Assembly: GCA_964390745.1 (NCBI GenBank)
Contig: CAYMIK010000001.1
Coordinates: 48,670 to 112,669 of the forward strand
Direction of reading: 5' to 3'
Length of the DNA stretch: 64,000 bases
Origin: an uncultured Candidatus Saccharibacteria bacterium
GTDB taxonomy: Bacteria > Patescibacteriota > JAUYIX01 > CAYMIK01
In this document: positions 1 through 9,029 of the stretch, in pieces
Numbering within the stretch: position 1 is the stretch's first letter
Layout: the number at the start of each line of letters is the position of its first letter
Translations under genes and position numbers: made by a program
The notes under the pieces: generated by a model
What the model was told of the DNA's origin: nothing
Databases searched by the model: none
What the model saw: the letters and a program-made list of their open reading frames with translations, nothing else

Positions 1-1741
1 TTCCATGTTTAGTGTTGTAGGCTTCCTGAATCTTTCTTCGTCGTTCAACTTCAGAGATGGCGCCTTTCATAGAATCGGTCATGCGATCGGCGTACATAAT
101 AACGTGGCCCTCAACGTGACGAGCAGCACGACCCATTATCTGGATCAATGATGGTTTATCGCGCAAGAAACTTTCTTTGTCGGCATCCAAAATGCCAATT
201 AATGAAACTTCCGGAAGGTCCAAACCTTCACGCAAAAGGTTAATTCCAACGAGAACGTCGTACAAACCTAATCGAAGATCGCGCAAAATTTCGAGTCGTT
301 CAAAAGTTTCAATATCCGAGTGCAAATACTGAACCTTGATGCCCGCTTCTTTCATGTAGGTTGTAAGTTCTTCGGCCATCTTTTTGGTCAAGGTGGTTAC
401 TAAAACTCGCTGACCTTTTTGAACGCGGTTTTGAATTTCATTCATCAAATCGTCAACTTGATTCTCTGTCTTTCGAACTTCAACGGTTGGATCCAATAAA
501 CCAGTGGGGCGAATAATTTGTTCTACGACTTGATCGGATTTTTCCAGTTCGTATTGCGATGGTGTTGCGGAAACATAAATGGTTTGGCCAACACGCTTCA
601 AAAATTCTGTAAATTTCAAAGGACGATTGTCATAGGCTGCGCGCAAACGAAAACCATAATCAACGAGGTTGCGTTTACGAGCTAAGTCGCCCTTAAACAT
701 TCCGCCAATCTGGGGAATCGTTTTGTGCGACTCATCAATAAACGTCAGGAAGTCTTTGGGGAAATAATCTAACAAGACATACGAAGGCTGACCAGGCTTT
801 CTGCCATCCATGTAACGTGAGTAGTTTTCGATGCCGGAAACAAAGCCAACTTCGGAGAGCATTTCAACATCGTGGTTGGTGCGTTGCGCTAATCGTTGTG
901 CTTCAACAAGTTTGTTTTGTTTCTCAAATTCACGGACTTCGTATTCCAGATCGATTTTAATCATTTCAACGGCCTTGTCGATAATGCTTCGCTCCGTGGC
1001 ATAGTGGGAAGCAGGGTAGATGGTGAGTTCGTCGAGTTTTTCTATAATTTCTCCGGTGAGACCATGAACCTTTGAAATGGTTTCGATATTGTCGCCAAAC
1101 ATACTGATCTTGTAGACATTGTCTTCGTAGCTCGGGTGTATCTCAATCATGTCGCCACGGACACGAAACGTTCCACGAATAAAATCAATATCGTTGCGGG
1201 AATAATTTACGCCAACCAAAGACTTGAGCAATTCTTTTTGCTTCACGGGAACAGATTTCTTGATCACGATTTTTACTTTTTCGTATTCGTGGGGGTTTCC
1301 TAAACCGTAGATACAAGAAACGGACGCAACAATAATGACATCGCGTCTTGTAAGAAGGGACATGGTTGCCGCGTGTCGCAGACGATCAATCTCTTCGTTT
1401 CTCTGACTTTCTTTGGATATATATGTGTCAGTGCGGGGAATATACGACTCTGGTTGATAGTAGTCGTAGTAGCTGACAAAATATTGCACAGCATTGTGTG
1501 GAAAGAATTCTTGAAATTCGGATGCCAACTGCGCGGCTAATGTTTTGTTGTGCGCAATAACCAGTGTGGGACGCTGCAAGTTTTGAATGACGCCAGCCAT
1601 CGTAAAAGTTTTACCCGATCCGGTCACGCCTAAAAGCGTCTGGTGCATGAGCCCATCCTTGATTCCTTGGGTGAGCTTTTTGATTGCCTGCTCTTGGTCG
1701 CCCTTGGGTTTGAATTTTGAAACGAGTTGAAATTGTGGCAT
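1..1741 (-). CDS. uvrB: Excinuclease ABC subunit B (3' end runs off the window)
   Basis: Not in the ORF track because it has no stop in the window. Manual translation from ATG at 1741 gives [20 protein letters not shown]...[12 protein letters not shown]...[10 protein letters not shown]...[11 protein letters not shown], which are diagnostic UvrB motifs. Confidence 0.97.
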   Translation of the reverse strand, partial: MPQFQLVSKFKPKGDQEQAIKKLTQGIKDGLMHQTLLGVTGSGKTFTMAGVIQNLQRPTLVIAHNKTLAAQLASEFQEFFPHNAVQYFVSYYDYYQPESYIPRTDTYISKESQRNEEIDRLRHAATMSLLTRRDVIIVASVSCIYGLGNPHEYEKVKIVIKKSVPVKQKELLKSLVGVNYSRNDIDFIRGTFRVRGDMIEIHPSYEDNVYKISMFGDNIETISKVHGLTGEIIEKLDELTIYPASHYATERSIIDKAVEMIKIDLEYEVREFEKQNKLVEAQRLAQRTNHDVEMLSEVGFVSGIENYSRYMDGRKPGQPSYVLLDYFPKDFLTFIDESHKTIPQIGGMFKGDLARKRNLVDYGFRLRAAYDNRPLKFTEFLKRVGQTIYVSATPSQYELEKSDQVVEQIIRPTGLLDPTVEVRKTENQVDDLMNEIQNRVQKGQRVLVTTLTKKMAEELTTYMKEAGIKVQYLHSDIETFERLEILRDLRLGLYDVLVGINLLREGLDLPEVSLIGILDADKESFLRDKPSLIQIMGRAARHVEGHVIMYADRMTDSMKGAISEVERRRKIQEAYNTKHG

Positions 1742-1808
1742 TGGATTACCTAGTATGCCATGCAAAAAAGTTTTTGTCGAGCTTCGAGTAGGAATTTCTG
1801 CAAAGCCA

Positions 1809-1882
1809 CATCACCCAGCGAAGAATCTTCGTCGGGTTGATGGGCAAGACGTAGCTTGCACTGTGCCTCGCAGGTTGCGAGG
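1809..1882 (-). terminator. Tandem hairpins at the 3' end of GC-rich islet A
   Basis: Imperfect stem CATCACCCAGCGAAG..CTTCGTCGGGTTGATG (1809-1842) plus CCTCGCA-GGT-TGCGAGG (1866-1882), just downstream of the stop at 1885. Confidence 0.6.
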
Positions 1883-1884
1883 AC

Positions 1885-2223
1885 TTACGGACGCAACTCG
1901 CGCGGAGCGTCCAGAACGTAAGACAGCCGCGCGAAGCTCTCGATGATCTCGTCGAGTTTCTTGGAGTCAGAAAGAAGGAGCTGTCGCACCTCTTCCGTGT
2001 CCTCCGAGTGCCCGATCGTGTTCGCGGCATGGCCCAGGAATCGATCCTCCAGCCGTTCCGCCGTGATCCTGGACAACTTCAGGGCATCCTGTAGAACGGA
2101 CACGATGCCGTTAGGGTTGTCCGGCGCTTCAGGTTTGCCGGAGTCTGCCGCAGTTTCAGCCCGTGGCAGACGGTCCGACCCCATGAAGAACCGTTTCTTC
2201 GAACTTGGATATTCGAGGCTCAT
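1885..2223 (-). CDS. Hypothetical protein (ORFan, islet A)
   Basis: 112-aa ORF with strong SD AAGGAGGAGG before the ATG, GC-rich codons and no recognisable domain. Confidence 0.7.
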   Translation of the reverse strand: MSLEYPSSKKRFFMGSDRLPRAETAADSGKPEAPDNPNGIVSVLQDALKLSRITAERLEDRFLGHAANTIGHSEDTEEVRQLLLSDSKKLDEIIESFARLSYVLDAPRELRP

Positions 2224-2235
2224 GCCTCCTCCTTG

Positions 2236-2562
2236 TCAGCGGTTTCTGATCCGCAGAAAGTTCAGCACCATTTGAATGCGCTCATTCCGTTCTGTTCCCT
2301 CGAACGCAGTTGCTGCGAGCTGTGCCTGGAAGCAGGTGTACTCGTGCGTCCCAACCAGGTAGACGATGAAGTCGGGCGCCGTGCTCCACGAAGACACGAG
2401 GTCGATGTGTTGATCGGGTGCCATGCTGAGGATGTTGACGGTCTCCATGATCTCGAGTCCGATTCTCATTCGCGATGCCGCGAAGCTGGACTCGTCGTTG
2501 TCCAACCTCTCGAGCCGTGCCAGGTGCATCTTTGCATCCCGCCTTTTCGAATTGTTGGACAT
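2236..2562 (-). CDS. Hypothetical protein (ORFan, islet A)
   Basis: Start moved to the ATG at 2562 (MSNNSKRR), which follows GGAGAGG and lies downstream of the promoter at 2603-2631. Confidence 0.7.
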   Translation of the reverse strand: MSNNSKRRDAKMHLARLERLDNDESSFAASRMRIGLEIMETVNILSMAPDQHIDLVSSWSTAPDFIVYLVGTHEYTCFQAQLAATAFEGTERNERIQMVLNFLRIRNR

Positions 2563-2602
2563 GATTCCTCTCCGTTGGTTCGTGGTGAAGGGTTCTATGA
2601 GC

Positions 2603-2631
2603 ATCCTAACGACAACCTTATGCATTGTAAA
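2603..2631 (-). promoter_or_regulatory. Sigma70-type promoter TTTACA-17-TAGGAT
   Basis: Read directly on the minus strand upstream of the 2562 ORF. Confidence 0.6.
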
Positions 2632-2771
2632 GCCTTACGACGAAGCCATTTTCCCAATGGCAAAAGTCGCGTGACGGTGTTCAGTCACTGCAACTCCCTC
2701 TTGACCCGGTCGTGGTCGCAAGGTGCCTCCTACGCGTGCGAATAGCGAACGCTTGGGTATTTCGCGTGCCG

Positions 2772-3137
2772 TTATACGGCACGCACTCGTCCTCTCTGCT
2801 GCCTGAGCCATACCCGGAATGGCCCATAGTACTGCTGGTACAGCAGGTGGCCCGTGCTCCCTGCGAGACGTGGTGCGACGAGGAGAAGGTTATCCTGCGT
2901 CGCGAGATTCTGGAACGAAAGGCGGCTCTTGATGGGCGGGTTGAGAAGCCCAAGTTCCACCGCCACGTACACCGCGAAAAGCGGTGCCCAGTTCTTGGCG
3001 ACGGAGTCCTTTACCCCGCAGATCTCCACGAGATTCCGTGCGATGTCATCGCGGACTCGGGCCAGATGGTCACATCGACCCAGTGCCTCGGGAACGATTG
3101 TTCCCCCTCCAGTTTCGGTGATGTACCGCTGGCTCAT
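2772..3137 (-). CDS. Hypothetical protein (ORFan, islet A)
   Basis: 121-aa ORF with SD GGGGGAGG upstream of the ATG. Confidence 0.7.
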   Translation of the reverse strand: MSQRYITETGGGTIVPEALGRCDHLARVRDDIARNLVEICGVKDSVAKNWAPLFAVYVAVELGLLNPPIKSRLSFQNLATQDNLLLVAPRLAGSTGHLLYQQYYGPFRVWLRQQRGRVRAV

Positions 3138-3183
3138 GTCTTCCTCCCCCTGTGAAGGTGTGACTGCTCGGTCTACGAGGGTG

Positions 3184-3531
3184 TTACGACTGCACGGCGA
3201 CTTCCGCCGGGTTCTCTCGCATGTACTTCCTCACGAGCTCCTGACTATCAAAGAAGTCGCTGCTCTCGAGTTTCCAGGCGCACTCCTCGAGCTGGGCGAG
3301 TGAGACTTCGGTATTGGGTGGCAGGTCGTGCCTCCAACGGACGAAGCGATCGACGCTCCGCATCGATGTAAGGCGATCCAGACACGAGTGGGTCTCGAGG
3401 TGGAGCCCAATGCTCGTGCGGGCGGCCTGTCGACGTATTTCGCCCGTCTTGAGCGCCATTCGACCCTTCCACTCCCGGACGAGCTGAACTGCATGCTTCA
3501 AGAAGTTCGGGTTCGTCGTTTCCTGAGTCAC
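3184..3531 (-). CDS. Hypothetical protein (ORFan, islet A)
   Basis: 115-aa ORF, GTG start preceded by GAGGAGG, directly under the promoter at 3582-3611. Confidence 0.7.
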   Translation of the reverse strand: MTQETTNPNFLKHAVQLVREWKGRMALKTGEIRRQAARTSIGLHLETHSCLDRLTSMRSVDRFVRWRHDLPPNTEVSLAQLEECAWKLESSDFFDSQELVRKYMRENPAEVAVQS

Positions 3532-3581
3532 GGTGTCCTCCTCGGCTTGGCCGGTGATTGTGAGGTGGGTCTCGCGGCTTC

Positions 3582-3611
3582 ACTATAGAGGTGACTTTGG
3601 CTGTATGTCAA
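3582..3611 (-). promoter_or_regulatory. Sigma70 promoter TTGACA-18-TATAGT driving islet A
   Basis: Near-consensus hexamers on the minus strand, divergent from ruvA. Confidence 0.75.
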
Positions 3612-3651
3612 TGTGCTCGCAAACCCGCACAAAACCTGCTATTATACCCGC

Positions 3652-4239
3652 ATGATTCGACAACTTACCGGAACGATTATTTCTAAAGGAGCGGGCGAAC
3701 TGGTTTTGGACGTCCATGGCGTGGGCTACCAGGTCTTTATTACGGTACGCGATGAATCGGCGCTGCCTTTGGTTGGCGAATCTGCCACATTATATACGCT
3801 TCACTATATCCGCGAAGCCGCACAGGATTTGTACGGATTTTCTTCGTTGGAAGAATTATCAACATTTGAAATGCTGCTTGAAGTAAACGGCGTTGGTCCA
3901 AAGGCTGGCATGTCGATTCTTTCCAAAGCAAGTCCAAGCGAAATTCATCGAGCTATAACGAGCCAAGACACTTCTATTCTCACGAAGATATCTGGCATCG
4001 GGAAAAAGACTGCCGAACGAGTTGTCATGGAACTGAAGAATAAAGTAAATGATTTTGCTATTGCTTCCTTGGAAACGGGTATCGACATTTTGACACCCGG
4101 AACAGAAGCCCTCGATGCCCTTGTTGCTTTGGGCTGCACAAAAGATGAAGCAAAGATGGCACTTTCAAAGATTATGAAACCTGAAATGAAGATTGAAGAT
4201 CAGGTGAAAGAAGCATTGAAGTATTTGGGAACGAAATAA
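3652..4239 (+). CDS. ruvA: Holliday junction branch migration protein RuvA
   Basis: MIRQLTG...VHGVGYQV...LYGF...VNGVGPK...ISGIGKKTAERVVMELK...ALVALG. ATG at 3652 lies 6 nt after a TATTAT -10, so the mRNA may be leaderless. Confidence 0.96.
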   Translation: MIRQLTGTIISKGAGELVLDVHGVGYQVFITVRDESALPLVGESATLYTLHYIREAAQDLYGFSSLEELSTFEMLLEVNGVGPKAGMSILSKASPSEIHRAITSQDTSILTKISGIGKKTAERVVMELKNKVNDFAIASLETGIDILTPGTEALDALVALGCTKDEAKMALSKIMKPEMKIEDQVKEALKYLGTK

Positions 4240-4250
4240 TTCAAAGACTC

Positions 4251-5240
4251 ATGAGTATATCTTTTGAAGTAACAAAAGAATCGCTGAATGAATTCGTAAC
4301 AACCCATCCGCACGGTCACCTTTTGCAATCGTATGAGTGGGGAGAGGCGCAAGAAGCTTTCGGTGAACCGATTTTTCGTGTTGTCGTGAAAGAAAATGAA
4401 ACCATTCTTGCCGCCGCTACGGTTATCGTAAAAACTTTTTACAAAAACTTTCACTACCTCTACTGCCCCAAGGGTCCGCTTTTTGCCGAAGGTGCATCGG
4501 AAGAAATTCGCAAACAACTTTTTGAGGCGATACACCACGAAGCTACAAAACGCGGCTCAATTTTTCTGCGTGTTGCCCCCGAACTTCAAGAAAAGCCTGA
4601 ATGGCTTTCGCATTTCAAGAAATCAAATCAAGAACTTGAGCCCCACGAGACACTCATTCTGGATCTGTCAAAATCAGAAGAACAACTTCTTGCCGAAATG
4701 AAGTCAAAAACACGTTACAATATTAAACTCGCAGAAAAGAAGGGCGTGAAGGTTGTTTCGGGAACGGACCAAAAATATCTTGAGGCATTTTTACAGCTCA
4801 ACCAAGAAACTGCAACGCGAGATAAGTTCACCGTCCATAAAAATTCTTACTACCATGCGCAACTTGAAAAGCTTGGACCTGCAGGATTTCTTAAAATCTA
4901 CGTTGCCTTCGTAAACGAGAAGCCTGTTGCGGCAAACCTCGTTTCGTTTTTTGGTAATCGCGTAACCTATGTACATGGCGCGTCTTCCAATGAAGCACGA
5001 AATCTCATGCCCACCTTTGCGCTCCAGTGGCAGGCAATCAAGGATGCAAAAAATGACAACAAAAGCGAGTACGATTTTTGGGGAATCGATGCATCACAAG
5101 ACCCAAACCATCCGTGGGCCGGTATTACTCGTTTCAAAACAGGATTTGGTGGAACTGTGGTAAAATATATTGGAGCATACGACCACGTATATCGAAGGGG
5201 TCTAGCTTCGTTGTATACATTATATAAACGCATCGCGTAA
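4251..5240 (+). CDS. FemAB/FemX-family lipid II aminoacyltransferase (peptidoglycan bridge formation)
   Basis: LLQSYEWG, YCPKGP, KTRYNIKLAEKKGV, YDFWGI and GITRFKTGFGG motifs. Confidence 0.9.
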   Translation: MSISFEVTKESLNEFVTTHPHGHLLQSYEWGEAQEAFGEPIFRVVVKENETILAAATVIVKTFYKNFHYLYCPKGPLFAEGASEEIRKQLFEAIHHEATKRGSIFLRVAPELQEKPEWLSHFKKSNQELEPHETLILDLSKSEEQLLAEMKSKTRYNIKLAEKKGVKVVSGTDQKYLEAFLQLNQETATRDKFTVHKNSYYHAQLEKLGPAGFLKIYVAFVNEKPVAANLVSFFGNRVTYVHGASSNEARNLMPTFALQWQAIKDAKNDNKSEYDFWGIDASQDPNHPWAGITRFKTGFGGTVVKYIGAYDHVYRRGLASLYTLYKRIA

Positions 5241-5250
5241 GAGTAGAAAA

Positions 5251-5583
5251 ATGGAAAAGAAGCTTTTCATTGTCTCGGGTGTCTTTCTGGTAATAGCCAT
5301 TGTCTTTGGTATTTTTTATTTTATGAATCGAACTCCTGTACAAAAAGAACCCGTAAACTTTGCAGACCCAGCAACCCTCGACTCTGATAACGATGGTCTT
5401 ACTGACGCAGAAGAGCAGCAAGCAAAAACAGACGTACATCAAGCTGACAGTGATGGAGATGGACTGACTGACTACCAAGAAGTGAAAACATTTTTCACGA
5501 ATCCCAACTCACAGGATACGGATCACGACGGATATAGCGACAAGGCTGAGATTGATACGAAGCATAATCCCAACGGAGCATAA
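5251..5583 (+). CDS. Small membrane-anchored protein with Ca-binding DxDxDG (thrombospondin type 3-like) repeats
   Basis: N-terminal TM helix, then DSDNDGLTD, DSDGDGLTD and DTDHDGYSD. Confidence 0.85.
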   Translation: MEKKLFIVSGVFLVIAIVFGIFYFMNRTPVQKEPVNFADPATLDSDNDGLTDAEEQQAKTDVHQADSDGDGLTDYQEVKTFFTNPNSQDTDHDGYSDKAEIDTKHNPNGA

Positions 5584-5588
5584 GAGCC

Positions 5589-6920
5589 ATGAAAGATTTT
5601 TTGAAGAAAATTCTTCCTAAATCTGCTATCAAGGTGTATCACAAAGTTTTGGTATTTGCTGCAGCTATGTGGTATGGGTTTCCATCGGATAAAATGATCA
5701 TCATTGGTGTCACGGGAACAAAGGGAAAAACCAGCACAACAAACTTCATTGCTGATATGTTGGAGTCCACGGGTGCAAAGGTTGCAGCCCTTTCTACGGC
5801 AGTCTATCGGCTTCCAGGAAAAAGTTGGGTGAACGCCACAAAGATGACGATGCCAGGCCGAACGCAATTGCAACGATTCTTGCAAAAAGCGCACAGAGCC
5901 GGATGCAAGTATGTTGTGGTAGAAACTTCCAGTGAGGGGATTGCTCAGAATCGAACAACCGCCATAAGTTACGACGTTGCCGTTTTTACAAACATCAGCC
6001 CAGAGCATATCGAGTCTCACGGGAGTTTTGAAAATTACAAAAAAGCAAAGCAAAAACTTTTCCAGGGGCTTATGCGTTCCCGGCGAAAAGCGGGTGTAAA
6101 AAAAGTTTCCGTGGTGAATCTTGACGATGAAGCTGCACAAGATTTTTTGAAGTTTCCTGCTGACGCGCACTACGGATTTTCAATGAGCGGAAAAACACAA
6201 GAAGGCGTTGAGGCGATTGAAGCCAGCAACGTTCAAACCTCACGCGCTGGCCTCACGTTTGATATTTCGGTGAACGGATTGAAAGATTCTGTTTTTGCAC
6301 CAATCTCTGGTGCCTTTCATGTACAAAATTTACTCGCTGCTATAGCAGTGCTGCTTTCACAGAATATTTCGTGGAAAAAAATTCGTGAAGCACTTACGGT
6401 GGTCAAGCCGGTTCCCGGCCGAATGCAATTTGTCGCGTACCAAAATCCATTTACTGTTATTGTTGATTATGCGCACGAACCAAAATCACTGGGAGTTATT
6501 TTACGCGAAGCACGCGACCTTGCTGGTGCTGATCATCAGGTTATCGTTCTCACGGGCGCACAAGGCGGTGGGCGAGATCACGCCAAACGTCCACAGATGG
6601 GCCAGGTTGCCAAAGAAAATGCGGACTTTATCGTTGTGACCAATGAAGATCCTTATGATGAAGACCCACAGAAAATTATTGATGATGTTGCTAGGGGTGT
6701 TCAGGATGCTGGTGGGGTAGAAGGCACAGATTTTGTAAAAGTTGCTGACAGAGCCGAAGCAATTCAAAAAGCTATCGACGTCGCCAAGCCCGGTGACGTG
6801 GTGGTACTAGCGGGCAAGGGCTCGGAAACGGTTATGGCAGTTCGAGAAAACAAAAAAGTTCCCTGGAGCGACTCAGAGGTGGTTCAGCGAATCCTTGATT
6901 CGAAGAAATCCGGGGCGTAA
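5589..6920 (+). CDS. murE: UDP-MurNAc-tripeptide synthetase (MurE family)
   Basis: GVTGTKGKTST P-loop, VETSSEG, FTNISPEHIESH, PGRMQ, DYAHEP and LAGKGSE. Confidence 0.9.
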   Translation: MKDFLKKILPKSAIKVYHKVLVFAAAMWYGFPSDKMIIIGVTGTKGKTSTTNFIADMLESTGAKVAALSTAVYRLPGKSWVNATKMTMPGRTQLQRFLQKAHRAGCKYVVVETSSEGIAQNRTTAISYDVAVFTNISPEHIESHGSFENYKKAKQKLFQGLMRSRRKAGVKKVSVVNLDDEAAQDFLKFPADAHYGFSMSGKTQEGVEAIEASNVQTSRAGLTFDISVNGLKDSVFAPISGAFHVQNLLAAIAVLLSQNISWKKIREALTVVKPVPGRMQFVAYQNPFTVIVDYAHEPKSLGVILREARDLAGADHQVIVLTGAQGGGRDHAKRPQMGQVAKENADFIVVTNEDPYDEDPQKIIDDVARGVQDAGGVEGTDFVKVADRAEAIQKAIDVAKPGDVVVLAGKGSETVMAVRENKKVPWSDSEVVQRILDSKKSGA

Positions 6921-6933
6921 CGAATTTGCAAGC

Positions 6934-7380
6934 CTAGAAAAGCCACGTGAACAAGAAGTAGTAGGCTGTGCCAAAAACGACTCCAGCAATAACGCCGGCG
7001 GCGACTTCAGCACGAGTGTGTCCAACGCGGATATGCAGTTGTTCAAATTTCGTCTGTTCTTCCTTGGGCAAAAAGGTGACAAGGTGATGAATATCTTGTA
7101 AGCTTTTATTGACGTAGTTTCGAAGTCCGAGTGCATCGCGCACAATGACAAGGCCAAAGACAATAGAAAGCGCGAAAACGCCAGAATTTATACCTTCAGC
7201 AAGGCCAATGGCAACAGCAAGGCTCGTAACCAGGGCCGTATGGCTCGATGGCATGCCGCTGTAGCTCCACATACTATGAACGTCTTGGTTGCGTTTCGAG
7301 AACTTCTTGACGATGAACTTGATTACTTGAGCAGTGAATGCGGTAAAACCAGCAGCGAGAACAATTATTGGCACAGCCAT
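6934..7380 (-). CDS. Divergent PAP2 family membrane protein (DUF212)
   Basis: GMPSSHTA, DALGLR and GHTRAEVAAG motifs with hydrophobic helices. Confidence 0.9.
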   Translation of the reverse strand: MAVPIIVLAAGFTAFTAQVIKFIVKKFSKRNQDVHSMWSYSGMPSSHTALVTSLAVAIGLAEGINSGVFALSIVFGLVIVRDALGLRNYVNKSLQDIHHLVTFLPKEEQTKFEQLHIRVGHTRAEVAAGVIAGVVFGTAYYFLFTWLF

Positions 7381-7421
7381 TTTTAGATCAAATTATTGCG
7401 AGATGAAGTATAACAAAAATT

Positions 7422-8012
7422 ATGAAAAGCGAAAATATCCTTTTTGTTGATACGATAACGAAAAAAGCCGGTATGACCATTTCACGAGGCGGGAAGCTTT
7501 TTACTGCCCATTTTGGAGAGAGGCACCAATATTCTCGTGATCTTATTAGGGTCTTTGATACTGTTTTGAAGAAAGCGCGTCTGAAACCTGCCAATCTGGC
7601 CGGTGTTGTGGTCTTGGTTGGACCTGGCTCATATACCTCGATTCGTATTGGGGTTTCTTTTGCAAACGCACTGGGTTTTGCGCAGAACGTGCCTGTTGCG
7701 GCCAAAACTCTCTTTGAAGCGCTGCCTCATGGCTCCAAGGAGACAGTTCTTTTGGAAGCAGGCCGAGGGAATATCTTTTACCACAAAGCTTCCAAGGAAG
7801 GTGTATGGACAAATGCTGATTTGGCAAAAAAGACTGGCGAGTTTGTTGGTTTGGAACTTTCCGAAGAAACCCTGGCTCAATTTTCGAAGAAGCCAAAAGA
7901 AGCGACCCTTGATATTGCGGCCGTTTTGTCTGATGTGAAATGGCCCAAAAAATTTGCACCCGTTGCCGCGCACTACATCTTGCCACCGAATATTATGGTG
8001 AAGAAGAAATAA
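7422..8012 (+). CDS. tsaB: tRNA threonylcarbamoyladenosine biosynthesis protein TsaB
   Basis: LFVDT...H..S..L...GPGSYTSIRIGVSFANAL. Confidence 0.88.
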   Translation: MKSENILFVDTITKKAGMTISRGGKLFTAHFGERHQYSRDLIRVFDTVLKKARLKPANLAGVVVLVGPGSYTSIRIGVSFANALGFAQNVPVAAKTLFEALPHGSKETVLLEAGRGNIFYHKASKEGVWTNADLAKKTGEFVGLELSEETLAQFSKKPKEATLDIAAVLSDVKWPKKFAPVAAHYILPPNIMVKKK

Positions 8013-8030
8013 TCAAGAAAATAAGAACCA

Positions 8031-8100
8031 AGCCGGGCCTTGCGACGTCGCGGATGCGTCGTCGAAAGGTCACCGGCTGGCGCCAAGCTCTTGGGCTTGG
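8031..8100 (-). terminator. Tandem hairpins at the 3' end of islet B
   Basis: Long imperfect stem AGCCGG..CCGGCT (8031-8078) and CCAAGC..GCTTGG (8083-8100) abutting the stop, followed by a U-rich tract on the minus strand. Confidence 0.6.
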
Positions 8101-8523
8101 CTATTCGCACAGGTTGAGCTGCTTTCGGCACGTGCTGCCGATCAGGTGTTCGGGGTCTAGGCTCGGGAGCTTACCCGAAACCAGGTAGAGAGGGTTGGGG
8201 TCCTCATACCCCCTGAGAAGGAAGACCTTCTCCTCTTGCATGACCCCTCCGGGATCGTGCGGGGGCTCGACCCTGCGGGTCGCGACCGCCACCACCTTCA
8301 GGTTCTCTGGTGTCTTGGGGTCGTTTTTCAGGTCCCACCAGTCGGTCACGACGGCGGTCTTCTTGGTCTCGAGGATCGCGATCTGCCGCTCGCGCTCCTC
8401 GAGCTTCCCGGCCGCGATGACCAACGTGAGCCCCGTGCCCGCAATGGCCAGGATGCCCACGAGGAAGATCATGCGACCGTAGAACTTGATCGTATCCTCG
8501 CGGTAATCTTTCTGAATCGCCAT
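8101..8523 (-). CDS. Hypothetical single-TM protein (ORFan, islet B)
   Basis: 140 aa with an N-terminal TM helix and short coiled coil, SD GGGAGAG, about 60-67% GC in sampled lines. Confidence 0.75.
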   Translation of the reverse strand: MAIQKDYREDTIKFYGRMIFLVGILAIAGTGLTLVIAAGKLEERERQIAILETKKTAVVTDWWDLKNDPKTPENLKVVAVATRRVEPPHDPGGVMQEEKVFLLRGYEDPNPLYLVSGKLPSLDPEHLIGSTCRKQLNLCE

Positions 8524-8592
8524 TCGACTCTCCCTGCTCTTGTGCCAAAAGGCCGAAGTCGAGGTGATCCCGACATTCGTAAGAGACTCATC

Positions 8593-8621
8593 AAGGTATC
8601 ACAAATACCATCTTTTGTCAA
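8593..8621 (-). promoter_or_regulatory. Sigma70 promoter TTGACA-17-TACCTT with extended -10 (islet B)
   Basis: Read directly on the minus strand. Confidence 0.7.
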
Positions 8622-9029
8622 CCCTCTATTTAACGCATATTTAAGCCATTTTTTAGGGATAATTAATCTTTGGGCCGCACAATGAGTAGTAGCACCAAAG
8701 TCGCAATTATTATGCGAGGAGTCGGGGATTGGGAGGTGAAATAAGGACCTCGAACCCACCCATTAAGCTTTGGCTTAACCAAGCCTAATCCCCAGGGGTG
8801 TGGAAAAAATGGCCAAAAAAGCCCTTCGTGGAGGCCGAAAAATGAGGCTTAAATAAGCCCAAAAACCCCCTTTTTCTTGACATGAGCCGCCACGCATGAT
8901 AACCTTCGACCTAACAATTGCATACAAGGTCAAGGCCTAAAGGTTCATAGTTTATTACCTAATTAACCAACGAACCACGAACCAGAAGGTCTTTCGTACA
9001 ACCCCCGAAAAAGGGATTGTGCACTGTTC

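Noticed and set aside
1750-3611. Integron cassette array or prophage remnant explaining islet A
   Set aside because: No intI or other integrase, no attC RYYYAAC...GTTRRRY boxes after the stops, cassettes carry their own promoters, and no phage hallmark proteins are present.
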